Source of the DNA: a virus
Reading direction: 5' to 3' (one strand)
IMG/VR virus record: IMGVR_UViG_3300032223_001943
Span: 32,001-96,000 of that record
Length of the DNA: 64,000 bases
Part shown: piece by piece, positions 19,199 to 30,616 of the stretch
How the letters are laid out: the number at the start of each line of letters is the position of its first letter
How positions within the stretch are numbered: the first letter of the stretch is position 1
Notes under the pieces: generated by a model
What the model saw: the letters and a program-made list of their open reading frames with translations, nothing else
The model's database searches: none
What the model was told of the DNA's origin: nothing
Made by a program: the position numbers and the translations under genes

Positions 19199-21396
19199 TT
19201 ATTTCACTTCCTCGTAGTCAACATCTGAAAATTCATCACCTCCGGTCGTGTTTTCGGAATTCGTTTGTTCAGACAATACTTGTGTGATTTCATTGAATTT
19301 ACCATTAAGGTTATCAATCTTATTCTGGATGTTTGTAACATCTTTATTATTGTACGAATCCTTTAATTCCGTAATTAACGTGTTAAGGTCAGTTTTTTGT
19401 TCTTCGGTTAATTTATCTTCAATATCTTTTACCGATTTTTCAGATTGGAATATCACACCATCCGCTTTATTTAACAACTCAACTTCTTCACGTAGTTTAT
19501 TATCCGCGTCAGCATTCGCTTCAGCTTCCGCCTTCATTCGTTCAATTTCTTCTTTTGATAACCCAGACGAAGCTGTAATAACGATTTTTTGTTCTTTACC
19601 TGTAGCTTGATCTGTTGCACTAACATTGATAATTCCATTTGCATCCACATCAAAATTTACGGCTATTTGCGGTACCCCTCGTTGTGCTGGTAAGATACCA
19701 TTCAATTGGAATTTACCAATAGTTTTATTATCTGCCGCCATTGGTCGTTCACCTTGTAGTACGTGAATATCCACCGCGGATTGGTTATCTGACGCCGTTG
19801 AGAATATTTGTGATTTTTTGGTCGGAATTGTTGTGTTAGCATCAATTAATTTCGTAAATACACCGCCCATTGTTTCAATACCCAATGATAATGGGATAAC
19901 ATCTAATAATAACACATCTTTAACATCCCCAGCTAGTACACCACCTTGGATTGCAGCACCTAACGCTACTACTTCATCCGGATTAACCCCTTTTGATGGT
20001 TCTTTACCGAAGAATTTTTTAACCGCATCCTGGATTGCAGGAATTCTTGTTGAACCACCAACTAAAATCACTTCATCAATATCGCTAGTTTTTAATCCGG
20101 CGTTATCTAATGCCGTTTGACAAGGTTTAATTGTTCTGTTAATTAATGATTCACACAATTGTTCAAACTTCGCTCTAGATAAAGATAATACCAAGTGTTT
20201 TGGTACACCATCAACTGGCATTAAATAAGGTAAATTAACTTCCGTTGTTAATGAAGATGATAACTCAACTTTAGCTTTTTCTGCGGCTTCTTTTAATCGT
20301 TGTAACGCCATTGGATCTTGACTAACATCAATACCATTTTCATCCTTAAATGATTCAACCAAATAATCAATAATAACCTGGTCGAAGTCATCCCCTCCAA
20401 GGTGGGTATCCCCATCTGTCGATAATACTTCAAAAACACCATCCCCTAATTCAAGGATTGAAACATCATGTGTTCCCATATGTTATCGTTAAGCTCTTTA
20501 TCTTAACTTCTTATATTTTCATATAAGTTCAGACTATATCTTCACTTTTACAAGTGATCGGTGTTCGTGGTTATTTCATCTTGTTTAAGACTACTTTAAC
20601 TAGTCGTTGAACGTTCATCTTATCACTAAGACGCTTCGCTGCGGATTGCCCAATGTTAATCTATTTTACCATACCCAAATCATTATATTTGGCCACAAAA
20701 TGTATCACTACTTTTGCTTGGTTGATCAACCTCTAAGGGGTTCCCCGTCAATTAACCGATTTTTAATTATTTCTTTTGTTAGTTTAAACAAAAGGCGGAG
20801 GCAGATAACAGTTTACCACCGCAGTCAAAAACGACAATTTTTGCGTCTTTTGATTTTTTATCTAAACCATACGCTAACGCTGCAGCTGTAGGTTCTGAAA
20901 TTATACGTCTAACATTAAACCCCGCAATTTCCCCTGCTTCTTTTGTTGCTTGACGTTGTGCGTCATTAAAATATGCTGGTACTGTAATAACCGCTTCAGT
21001 GATTGTTGTCCCCAAATAATCTTCAGCCGTTTTTTTCATCTTTTGAAGAATTGTCGCTGAAATTTCTTGTGGTGAATATTCTTTACCATCAATTGACACT
21101 CTAGGTGAATTTCCACCCCCTCTAACTACCGAATAAGGTACGCGTTCAATTTCACTTTTTGATTCGTCAAAAGTTGTTCCCATAAAACGTTTAATTGAGT
21201 AAATCGTTTTTGTTGGGTTAGTGATTGCTTGTCTTTTCGCCGGATCACCAACTTTACGTTCATCATTTACAAACGCTACCACTGAAGGTGTCGTCCTTTT
21301 CCCCTCACTATTTGGAATGATAACAACATCATTACCTTCCATAACAGCACAAGCGGAGTTTGAAGTTCCTAAATCTATACCTAAGATTTTTCCCAT
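19199..21396 (-). CDS. dnaK: Chaperone DnaK, spliced: exon 1 21396-20815, exon 2 20476-19199 (619 aa)
   Basis: [17 protein letters not shown], junction VFDCGG|[23 protein letters not shown]-terminal DVDYEEVK. Confidence 0.95.
20477..20814 (-). ncRNA. Group I self-splicing intron (IA-like, 338 nt, no homing endonuclease)
   Basis: P AATTGACGGGGAA, Q AATCCGCAGC, R GTTCAACGACTA, S AAGATATAGTC; P1 with U.G at the 5' splice site; P3 ATCGGT/ACCGAT; P7 GACTA/TAGTC; GNRA-capped P8 and P9; terminal G; removal restores the frame. Confidence 0.93.
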
Positions 21397-21700
21397 ACTT
21401 AATTTATTATTTATTTGTTTATTTTTTTGTTTGGTAAAAACATAATCAAAATCATACCAATAATCAAATTAGGACAAATTGTCAGGAAAAATATATACTT
21501 GTCAGGTTTTTTTTATTAAAAAAATATTATTATATTTGCTACATGGCAAAAAAGAAAATAGAAAATGAAGAAATTCCCCAACAATACGAAAAAGTGATGG
21601 AATATGATGATTGTACTATCATCTGGAAATATGATAAAAGAAAAAGTCATTTCAACCCCTACGAAGTTGAAATGAAATATAAGAAAACGAAATCAAAAGA

Positions 21701-22141
21701 TTAATCGTCGTTTTTGATATCTTTTTTGATTTGTTTGAATTTTCGAATCATTTCCGCAAAAACAATCCAAATACTTCTATTACCCAACTTAACGGATGTT
21801 TCATCCATTGACTTCACTTCAATGTATATGAATGATACCGCCATCGCTTTAGTTAAGATAAATTCAATATTCATGATTTTAGTACCGTTCAATATGAACT
21901 TATCAATGAAAAACATACCAATAGTCGCACCTAGATAAAAGAATAATTTAACAACAACGTTAAACAATTTCGTTGATTTCAATCCCTTAATTCCCTCCAT
22001 CCTAATAACACGATAAATACCGAATACGGTATCCAATAAAGTAAAAAATAATAAAGTGTAAATAATTCCTGAAATGGGAGCCAAAAACGTCCCTATTATT
22101 CCAAACATTTGGAATATATGTTTTGAGATAATACTCTTCAT
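21701..22141 (-). CDS. Putative holin
   Basis: Multiple TMs; LLDTVFG...VVKL...IEVKSMDE pattern of the phage holin 4 type; divergent from the endolysin. Confidence 0.7.
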   Translation of the reverse strand: MKSIISKHIFQMFGIIGTFLAPISGIIYTLLFFTLLDTVFGIYRVIRMEGIKGLKSTKLFNVVVKLFFYLGATIGMFFIDKFILNGTKIMNIEFILTKAMAVSFIYIEVKSMDETSVKLGNRSIWIVFAEMIRKFKQIKKDIKNDD

Positions 22142-22308
22142 ATGAAGGTTTTATTAAAAGTAAAGTTTTATTGACAATAAATATTCATCATTTTATAAAA
22201 AATTCATTCAATAATCATTATTCTTTTTTATCCTCGATTTTTAATATCAAAACAATTAAAAAAACTTTTATTATTCTTTTTGAGAATATTTATCTTAAAA
22301 GAAATCTT

Positions 22309-23121
22309 ATGTTAAAAATCGGTTCAACTGGTGAAGATGTTAAAAAACTTCAAACCAAATTGGGTCTAACTCCAGATGGAGTATTTGGACCAGCAACAGA
22401 ACGTAAAGTTAAAGAATGGCAACGTAGTAATGGTTTAACTGACGATGGTATTGTCGGACAACAAACCTGGGAAAAATTAAAGTTGGGTATGATGATTAAA
22501 GAAGATGTGAAATCAACATCAAAATTCAAAATCGATAAACTTAGGGGGATAATACCTGAAGAAGTTATTAACCAAATTGAATCTGTTTGTGATAAATTTA
22601 ATATTAACACACCGATCCGTTTAGCACACTTCTTAGCACAATGTGCCCATGAAAGTGGGAATTTCCGAGCAACTGTTGAAAATCTAAATTATTCGTCGGA
22701 TTCATTAAAAAAAGTATTTCCAAAATACTTCCCAAACAACCTATCCGAATCATATGCTAAAAACCCAGAAAAAATCGCTTCAAGGGTATATGGGAATAGA
22801 ATGGGTAATGGGGATGAACTATCTGGTGAAGGATGGAAATTCCGTGGTCGTGGTTATCTACAAACTACCGGTAAAGAAAATTATCGATTATTGGGTCAAT
22901 TTCTAAAAGAAGATTTAATTTCAAACCCCGATCTTGTATCAACCAAATATTCATTGGCTTCCGCGGCGTTTTTCTTTAATTCTAACGGACTTTGGAGTAT
23001 TTGTGATAAAGGAATATCGGAAGATGTTGTTAAAGCTCTTACGAAGAGAATAAATGGGGGATTTCATGGTCTTGAAGATCGGATAAACCAATTCGTTAAA
23101 TTCTATAATATTCTGAAATAG
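22309..23121 (+). CDS. Endolysin: peptidoglycan-binding domain plus GH19 glycoside hydrolase
   Basis: LKIGSTGEDVKKLQ...DGVFGPAT...DGIVG; FLAQCAHESG, FRGRGYLQTTG, RINGG; probable start at MLKIGS. Confidence 0.9.
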   Translation: MLKIGSTGEDVKKLQTKLGLTPDGVFGPATERKVKEWQRSNGLTDDGIVGQQTWEKLKLGMMIKEDVKSTSKFKIDKLRGIIPEEVINQIESVCDKFNINTPIRLAHFLAQCAHESGNFRATVENLNYSSDSLKKVFPKYFPNNLSESYAKNPEKIASRVYGNRMGNGDELSGEGWKFRGRGYLQTTGKENYRLLGQFLKEDLISNPDLVSTKYSLASAAFFFNSNGLWSICDKGISEDVVKALTKRINGGFHGLEDRINQFVKFYNILK

Positions 23122-23156
23122 AAATGATAACCCCCACCTTTTGGAATGGGGGTTTT

Positions 23157-23552
23157 TTATTTGTCATATCTAAAAGAATTTCCGGCGGTAGTGTTACCTA
23201 ATTCGGGATAATATTCATGTAACCATTTTGATAATAATTCTTGAATATCATCGTACATCATTCCTTTTATCGTTGCGAAGTATTGCCAAATCTTATCATG
23301 TGAAAAAAATGTATATGGACTTTTTAGATCGGTGGTGAAAAAAATAACATTATCAAAAGAATCCTTATAAATCAACATCTTTTCATCGTTAACTATTGAA
23401 CTAATTCCAATATAATCATCCATGAATCTAATTGGGTCTTCACCCTCAAAACATTCTTTAATCAATGATTGAGTTCCAACAAGTTGAATGGCGGACTTAA
23501 TATCATTGAATTTAATGAAGTATTTTAACCTAGATTTCAATAGTGGTTTCAT
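23157..23552 (-). CDS. Dispersed paralog-family hypothetical protein
   Basis: KIWQYF...LSKWLHEYY tail. Confidence 0.65.
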   Translation of the reverse strand: MKPLLKSRLKYFIKFNDIKSAIQLVGTQSLIKECFEGEDPIRFMDDYIGISSIVNDEKMLIYKDSFDNVIFFTTDLKSPYTFFSHDKIWQYFATIKGMMYDDIQELLSKWLHEYYPELGNTTAGNSFRYDK

Positions 23553-23553
23553 G

Positions 23554-24264
23554 TTACATAAAAACTATTTCATTGGTAATAGGATTCCAATCAACATTCC
23601 AAGGTGATTGTGTGTAAATGTATCGTTCGTTCAATACTGAAGTGTTGAAGTAGTGTGTATGGCCGTCGAAATAATGACCATATCCAGTATGGATGTGGCC
23701 GCAAATGTGAATTTTAGGTTTAATTTCCTTGATTCGTTCCGCCAATAATTCACACCCCAAGTGTTGTCCTCGTTTACCTTCAACATCATCCAAGAACCCA
23801 TAAGCCGGACCATGTGTGATTAAGATATCCGTATTTTCTGGAATCATATTCCATTTGGATTGTAACCCAGGTCCATTTTTGGGTAAGTTAAACGCCCAAT
23901 TATAAAATTCTGGTTGCCATGGTGTACCATAGATACGAATATTTTCTTCTGGTTTATCACCATTCGGACCATCAAGGTATAAAACCAATTCTTCATCTTC
24001 CAAATAATCAACAGTTTTATAACCGGTTAATAAACCTCTACATTGATCTGGTTTTGTTTGGAATCCCCAATCATGATTCCCTGCGATAAATACTTTTGTG
24101 TCGTAGTTATCGATTTTATCGAACCAAGTTAAGAAATCTTCAATTTCTGGTTTATACCCCATCGAGGATATATCACCAGCATGAATTAATATGTCACCAC
24201 CAGGTAAATCACCAGTTAATGATTTGTGTTTATTGTGTGTGTCGGAAATAAAAGTTAGTTTCAT
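23554..24264 (-). CDS. Calcineurin-like metallophosphoesterase (MPPED-like)
   Basis: SDTH, AGD, GNHD, THGP, GHIH motifs. Confidence 0.9.
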   Translation of the reverse strand: MKLTFISDTHNKHKSLTGDLPGGDILIHAGDISSMGYKPEIEDFLTWFDKIDNYDTKVFIAGNHDWGFQTKPDQCRGLLTGYKTVDYLEDEELVLYLDGPNGDKPEENIRIYGTPWQPEFYNWAFNLPKNGPGLQSKWNMIPENTDILITHGPAYGFLDDVEGKRGQHLGCELLAERIKEIKPKIHICGHIHTGYGHYFDGHTHYFNTSVLNERYIYTQSPWNVDWNPITNEIVFM

Positions 24265-24277
24265 TTTGTTTAATTTT

Positions 24278-24781
24278 TTATAAAGATAACAATTTTTGTT
24301 GATTAATTGGGAAAATCATTTCTTTATCTTCCAAAAATAGCAAATCATTTTGGGTTAAAGATTTTTTTCCATGTTTCAATATTTTATCCAGGATATCGTC
24401 TTTTGTCATGTAGTTGTTTCTATATTGGAAAAATGTAAATTCCATATCCGATTTTGCGAATCCAAATATATTACAGTCAAACATATCGTAAAGTACGGAT
24501 TCGGTTATTTCTTCAATAGTTGTGTAACCTTCAAAACCTTCATGTAGTTTATCGTCAATTCCCTTGAATTGTTTAATTTCCGATTCGGTCATGATTAGTA
24601 CTGCGTACATTCGATCACCCTCCTCCCAGTCACAAACGTTGCCGTCATATAAAAAGAAATTATTATTATAATCATCAATGATATCATCGGCAATTTCATT
24701 CTCGTGTTGGGTCAACCTGGTTAATCCTAGTTCAGTATCTTCAGTTGAATAAGTTGATATTACTTTATAAATTTTTTTCAT
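24278..24781 (-). CDS. Hypothetical protein
   Basis: C-terminal DDILDKILKHGKKSLT motif (DUF6576-like). Confidence 0.55.
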   Translation of the reverse strand: MKKIYKVISTYSTEDTELGLTRLTQHENEIADDIIDDYNNNFFLYDGNVCDWEEGDRMYAVLIMTESEIKQFKGIDDKLHEGFEGYTTIEEITESVLYDMFDCNIFGFAKSDMEFTFFQYRNNYMTKDDILDKILKHGKKSLTQNDLLFLEDKEMIFPINQQKLLSL

Positions 24782-25084
24782 TTTTCAGTTAGTTCGCGAT
24801 TATCTATTTTTTGAAATATGGATTCGTTGAAGTTATCATTTTCAAACCAAAATTCGAATCCATCAAAAAAATAAATTTTCCAATTTTCTTTTAAGCACCA
24901 ATAATATCCAACAGCACGCATTATATTAATTTTTTGAAATCTTCAAGGTTGAAACTATTTTCTTTTTTTCCAAGGTTATAGGTTGTATATGATTTATCTT
25001 CATTTTGAATTTTGATCATAAGATATCCCAATTCAGAAACATAAATGTTTTCCAGTTCACCAATTCCTTTTTGTGTTTTAACTT

Positions 25085-25687
25085 TTAATCCCACCATTTT
25101 TCGATATTATTCTCCATTATCTTGAAAAGTAATTTACGACATCTAGCTTGATTTTCGTAGGAAATTTCCATCGCAATAATTTGTTTATCTTTTTCTTCAA
25201 TGGATCTATTGAATCGATTAACTTCACCAGACATTACTCGTTTATATTGAATAGGATATTTTTTGAAGTATTCATCAAAATTTTCAGATATTAATTCAAC
25301 ATCCATTATTTTTGAATCTTTATATTTCGTTGGAATATCGTCTTCATCCGTGACATCTAACCAATTGATTTTAGATTCGTGATAATCCATATATTCCATA
25401 TCATAATAATCATCCTGACAACGTTGAATTAGTTCACAACATAACTTCATTATTTCAGCATCACGCTTCGCTCTTGTGTGTCTATCTTTACCTCCGATAT
25501 AATCCGCTTGTTTCTTTAACTTGAATTTAATTATTTCATAAATGAAATTATGATCCCAATCACGATCCTTCCATATAACTGGAACCCATTTAACTAAATT
25601 TTTAATACCTTCCCTTAAATTATATGGTAACTCCTTGAAGAACCCCTCGATTTTCCAATATAATTCTTGTATTTTTAGATTTTTCAT
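25085..25687 (-). CDS. Conserved phage hypothetical protein
   Basis: W-x-DRDWD motif and terminal WWD. Confidence 0.65.
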   Translation of the reverse strand: MKNLKIQELYWKIEGFFKELPYNLREGIKNLVKWVPVIWKDRDWDHNFIYEIIKFKLKKQADYIGGKDRHTRAKRDAEIMKLCCELIQRCQDDYYDMEYMDYHESKINWLDVTDEDDIPTKYKDSKIMDVELISENFDEYFKKYPIQYKRVMSGEVNRFNRSIEEKDKQIIAMEISYENQARCRKLLFKIMENNIEKWWD

Positions 25688-26516
25688 AAAAAAATTATTT
25701 TTTTTTGGTTTTAACTATTGACTTTGAAAAATTTGCATTTAAATATATATTATATATTAACTAGTTAATAATAAATAACCCATTTAAATATAATAAATTA
25801 ATCTAAATTATTAAATAATTTCTTTTAATTTATTTAATCTAATATTTTTTAATTTATTAAAATTATTAGTTAATTTAATTAGTATTATATTACTAATAAA
25901 GGCCCCCCATTTGCCCAAAAAGTTCTGAAACAACTTTTCTGACGTTTCTAGTTGTGAAAAAGTGGTGGAAGACTCCATAACTTTAACCACCCATTTATAT
26001 TCAATATCAATTTGTAAAAATTCCATATTATTTTTTTCTTCAAAGATAATACATTTTCAATCATTATTCAAACAATTTATTTATTTATCAATTAAAATTT
26101 TTTGTCTATTTTTTAGTTGTAATGTTATTATTCAATGAAGGAAGCAATCCAGTTACTTATTAATCGAATGAAAAAAGATGAATTAGTTTTATTGTTTGGT
26201 GAAAATAGTAAAGTTGAGGTTAACTACGTGAAATATTTAACAAATAAAAAAATTCATCATATCGATTGTAAATTATATGTTGGTTCCTTCAACGAAGAAG
26301 AATTTTTATTCTTATATCCTGAAGCTATGAATTCAATAATATATGAAGTTTGGAATTTCATCGGTAACTACGAACCTCTATCCATTACATTATCCTATGA
26401 ATAAGGTTATTTTCCTTGGATTTAACGAACTTTTAGACCAATATTCGATTCAACCCCTTGACAAACCAAAAAAAACCAATTAAACTTAACTTATAAAACT
26501 TAATTAAACATTTATT

Positions 26517-26945
26517 ATGAAAAAAGCTGAAAACGGAAATTCAATCACAGTTCATTACACTGGTAAATTTGAAAATGGTGAAGTATTTGATACATCATTA
26601 ATGGAAGGTAGAGAACCTTTAACTACAGTATTGTCAGAAGAAACAAACCTTATTAAAGGTTTTACTGAAGCGTTATACGGATTAACTGAAGGTGAGAAAA
26701 AAACTATTGAACTTAATCCTGAAGAGGCGTATGGTGAAGTGTCTCAAGACTTAATTTCTGACGTTCCATTGGAAAATATGCCAGAAGGTGTTAAAGTTGG
26801 TGATACACTTCAAGCACAAGGACCAGATGGGGTATTCAACGTAACAGTAACTGAAGTAAATGAAACTACAGCTAAAGTTGATGCTAACCACCCATTAGCA
26901 GGGAAAAAATTAATTTTTGACCTTGAGGTTGTAAGCGTAGACTAA
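26517..26945 (+). CDS. FKBP-type peptidyl-prolyl isomerase (SlyD/SlpA-like)
   Basis: VHYTGK...FDTS...PEEAYG...VDANHPLAGKKLIF. Confidence 0.92.
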   Translation: MKKAENGNSITVHYTGKFENGEVFDTSLMEGREPLTTVLSEETNLIKGFTEALYGLTEGEKKTIELNPEEAYGEVSQDLISDVPLENMPEGVKVGDTLQAQGPDGVFNVTVTEVNETTAKVDANHPLAGKKLIFDLEVVSVD

Positions 26946-27021
26946 TTGTTATCACAACAAAAATAACCCCCAACTAAACCCTGGGGGTTTTTAATTAAAA
27001 TAAACCAATAAATTCATTAAT

Positions 27022-27354
27022 ATGAACGAAAAATTAAAATCGTTTTTGGAAACAACAAGAAAAGTGGTCAACAAACTATTTCTTTATGTTGTTATCGCGG
27101 GATCTATCATTGCCGCATACATATTTGGTGCGGAACATACCAAATTAACCCAAAAACCAGTCAAACATAAGGTTGAGGTGTTAAAAATTAAAAAATCGGA
27201 TGTTAATCTGGCAATTGATGAAGATAACCACTTAATCATCATTAATAACAAAACTGGTAACTATACCATGTATCAAGATTCTATTGGTAAAACAATATTC
27301 AAGTTGTACGCTAAAAATGTGTGGGGTCAAAATTCCACATTAATGGTTAAATAA
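27022..27354 (+). CDS. Single-TM hypothetical protein
   Basis: TM at residues 19-37; upstream of the SLT gene. Confidence 0.6.
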   Translation: MNEKLKSFLETTRKVVNKLFLYVVIAGSIIAAYIFGAEHTKLTQKPVKHKVEVLKIKKSDVNLAIDEDNHLIIINNKTGNYTMYQDSIGKTIFKLYAKNVWGQNSTLMVK

Positions 27355-27360
27355 TATATT

Positions 27361-27909
27361 ATGAAGTTACGTGAAATAGTTTTATTGATCCTTATAACAT
27401 TTTCTTCAATAATTTATATTTCATATGATAATATTGAATCAAAAAAACACTATAATTATATTGATATTGAGTTGGGGGATAAGAAGTTGAATATCCCCCA
27501 ACCCATTTCAATGAAGATGTATGATGAAATATTAAGATATTCAAAAAGGTATAAAGTACCGAAACATATTGCGTTTAACATTGCGTATATGGAAACAAAA
27601 TACCGGGGACCATTTCATTTTGATTATGAACATAATTTATCATCTGGGGCTGGTGCTGTAGGTCCAATGCAAATTAAACCTAGTACTGCCAATTATGTTC
27701 ATGATAAACAAATATCTTCACACCATTTACGAAATAATGTACGGTTGAATATTCAGACTAGTATGAAGTTATTACGTTTGTTATACGATAGATATCGTGA
27801 TTGGAAGGTCGCTTGTGGGTGTTATAATACAGGTAGACCAATGATTAATGGTTACGCGTTATTTTGTGTGAATAATAAGGATTATAGAAGATTTTGGCAT
27901 ACGGTTTAA
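27361..27909 (+). CDS. Lytic transglycosylase (SLT) with N-terminal membrane anchor
   Basis: ET catalytic motif, GAVGPMQI, YNTG. Confidence 0.82.
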   Translation: MKLREIVLLILITFSSIIYISYDNIESKKHYNYIDIELGDKKLNIPQPISMKMYDEILRYSKRYKVPKHIAFNIAYMETKYRGPFHFDYEHNLSSGAGAVGPMQIKPSTANYVHDKQISSHHLRNNVRLNIQTSMKLLRLLYDRYRDWKVACGCYNTGRPMINGYALFCVNNKDYRRFWHTV

Positions 27910-28162
27910 CCTAATTTTAGAGGGTTAGATTTAGTTAATTCTATAAAATTATTATGTGCTCGTTCCAACATTTCCTTATGTTGAGTTGAACTTGGTATAT
28001 AATAATCACCAATATTATCTTCATTCATTTCAATTTCAACCCCGTTTTTTCTAAAAACCCATACATTTATTCCAACATCATTAACCCCTTGAGTTATCAA
28101 TTCATAACCCAATTCTTTTTGTAAAAGAATGGCTAATAACTCGGATTTATTCATTTGGGGGG

Positions 28163-28582
28163 TTATATTAATTTTTTCAATAAATTGATGACGATTTGTT
28201 CATACATCATTTCCTCCATTTCTGGAAAATGTTTTTCAAACTTCTTAATCACTTTACCAGCTTCGGCGTTTGCCTCATCTTCATTTTGTCCACCGATATC
28301 TGGACCATGTTCACGATTAAGAATGGTCATTTGGTATTCATGAACCCATTCATGTGCTAGGGTGCGACAAATATCACGATTCATTCGGTTTTTAGTTAAT
28401 ACTTTAATTTCATTGTCATTACGACTACCAGTTGTCATTGAACCAGTACGATCACCCAAAAAACTAACAATAACGTCACCCTTCAATGGGTATTCTTTTT
28501 GTAGGTATTTAACAAATTCATTATAGAAATCATAATGTTTTTTATCAATACCAGAATTTTTATGTTTAACTATTACCTTCAT
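28163..28582 (-). CDS. Zincin-like metallopeptidase domain protein
   Basis: RTLAHEWVH...EDEANA. Confidence 0.65.
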   Translation of the reverse strand: MKVIVKHKNSGIDKKHYDFYNEFVKYLQKEYPLKGDVIVSFLGDRTGSMTTGSRNDNEIKVLTKNRMNRDICRTLAHEWVHEYQMTILNREHGPDIGGQNEDEANAEAGKVIKKFEKHFPEMEEMMYEQIVINLLKKLI

Positions 28583-28620
28583 TTATTATAAATATTAATA
28601 TTTATAAAAAAACATTTATC

Positions 28621-29319
28621 ATGACGCGAAGAATTATTATTAGTGAAGATGAAAAACAAACAATTAAGAATTTATACCATATAAATGAACAAGATGATCT
28701 TTATAATACTTTTGTTCAAGGTATTAGTCAAAGTTGGAATGAACTAATGGCGAATAAGGGTAAAGGTATTAATAGTTCATCACCTTCATCAACAAGTAAT
28801 AAACCAATATCTGAAAAAGGACAAGAATTGTTGAATAATCCAATATTCAAGGAGAAATTGAAGGAAATTTCACAAGCAATTAATATTGATGAACAATATA
28901 TCATTAAATTGATGAATCATGAATCTGGATTAAACCCAACGATAACAAATTCTATTGGGTGTGTTGGATTAATACAGTTTTGTCCTGACTCCGGAAATTC
29001 AAAAACAATAAATGGTGTTAAATATGATTTGGGTCAACTTAAAAATGATTTAACACTACAGATGGATGCGATTAAAGAATTTTGGTTATCTGGATATAAA
29101 AGTGGTAAAATAAAAACACCTGAAGATTTATATACTTATAACTTGTTTCCAGTGGCTGCCGGTAAACCAGATGATTTTGTATTACAGACAAATAGTACTT
29201 CCGCTCAAACAATTGCTAAAGCAAATCCGATATTCAATAAAAAGTTGGGTAGATCGATTGATACACCATTAACGGTGGGTGATCTTAATAGATATTATAA
29301 ACAAGAAGGAATGGTATAA
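28621..29319 (+). CDS. Lysozyme-fold transglycosylase with IISEDE leader (probably virion-associated)
   Basis: HESGLNP...GLIQF...DLY motifs. Confidence 0.75.
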   Translation: MTRRIIISEDEKQTIKNLYHINEQDDLYNTFVQGISQSWNELMANKGKGINSSSPSSTSNKPISEKGQELLNNPIFKEKLKEISQAINIDEQYIIKLMNHESGLNPTITNSIGCVGLIQFCPDSGNSKTINGVKYDLGQLKNDLTLQMDAIKEFWLSGYKSGKIKTPEDLYTYNLFPVAAGKPDDFVLQTNSTSAQTIAKANPIFNKKLGRSIDTPLTVGDLNRYYKQEGMV

Positions 29320-30446
29320 TGAAAAAGGAAATTAAAGAAGTTGTAGGGGTACCTGCCGGGATATTAAAAAGTGCTGAAAATTTGTTTGATAACATTGTTA
29401 CCGTATTGGAAGATACTAATGATGAAGATTTTGAATTTAAAGGTACGTTTACGGATAATTTATCATTACCAATAACTGTTATAATTAACGACTTAACTAT
29501 TACATCCGTTAATGTTGCGGTAACATTTAATGTTGGTGACTATTCAAAACTTGAAATCGCTGGCGCGGGTTATTCTTCAGAATTGGGTTTAGATTATAAA
29601 ACACTTAAATTAGTTACGATTTTTGACCCATCTGAAATTGGATTGACAATGAACTTCTTGATTCCAAATACTGGTGAATATATTTTCAATGATATTATTA
29701 CATATATGTTGAAAAATCGTACATTGATCACATCAACATTAGCACATGAATTAAAACACGCTTACGATAATTATAAACGACCTAATCGTAAAGTTACCGA
29801 CCAGGTGGATTATAATACAAACATTAGCTCCAAGGGTTTAGCTATTCCTGCTTTTAGAAGGTTTAATCGTATGTTATATTTGGCAACATTCATTGAACAA
29901 TTGGTTAAACCGACAGAATTAGCCTCAAGGTTAAAAGCTGAAAATGTTTCACAAAAAGAATTTTTGGAGTTTTTACTAAATGATCGAACATATAAAGAAT
30001 TTATTCAATTAAAAAAATATTCAATCAATAGTTTAGTTTCCGAATTAATGGCTCATGAAGATGAATTAAAGTCACTTGACAGATTTAAGGGAAAAGTGAC
30101 CGAGGAAATTATCAATGACCTAATAAATTTGGCTTACACCCAATTTACGAATGATAAAATTGAAACTTTAGAAAAATACATTCTTAGGGATAATGATTAT
30201 TTATTAAAATCATTGGGTATGACATCCGTTAACATGGATTATTTCCTCAAACAAGTGGATAAATATCAAAAATATTCCAAAAACCCAAAAGATTTCTTTA
30301 ATAATGAAATTAAATTTCTTAATTTTGTGGGGGATAAGATGATAAAGAAGTTGGGAAAACTTTATTCAATTGCCAATGAAGATAAAACACAACAAGCAAA
30401 TATCATCAAGAAAATTTATAATAAAGTGAACCATGAACAAGGATAA
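29319..30446 (+). CDS. Protein with zincin-like HExxH motif
   Basis: LAHELKH; IKE near the N-terminus. Confidence 0.6.
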   Translation: MKKEIKEVVGVPAGILKSAENLFDNIVTVLEDTNDEDFEFKGTFTDNLSLPITVIINDLTITSVNVAVTFNVGDYSKLEIAGAGYSSELGLDYKTLKLVTIFDPSEIGLTMNFLIPNTGEYIFNDIITYMLKNRTLITSTLAHELKHAYDNYKRPNRKVTDQVDYNTNISSKGLAIPAFRRFNRMLYLATFIEQLVKPTELASRLKAENVSQKEFLEFLLNDRTYKEFIQLKKYSINSLVSELMAHEDELKSLDRFKGKVTEEIINDLINLAYTQFTNDKIETLEKYILRDNDYLLKSLGMTSVNMDYFLKQVDKYQKYSKNPKDFFNNEIKFLNFVGDKMIKKLGKLYSIANEDKTQQANIIKKIYNKVNHEQG

Positions 30447-30616
30447 TAAAGAATTTTGGATTAGGGATTATTTCGGACCATATCCGATAGATTGGGATTT
30501 ATACGATATCGCAATGGGTCGAAAACCAGGTGAAAAAACAATAGATATCATTAGTTATATGGAATCTGAAGAATATAAAAACTTTTTTAAGGATAAGAAA
30601 ATCCCTAAAAAATAAT

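Noticed and set aside
20607-20891. Plus-strand ORF as an intron homing endonuclease
   Set aside because: Antisense to the intron and exon; no LAGLIDADG, GIY-YIG or HNH motif
19199-21396. dnaK as a pseudogene, two genes, or intein-containing
   Set aside because: The insert has stops in frame and full group I intron hallmarks; precise removal restores the conserved motif
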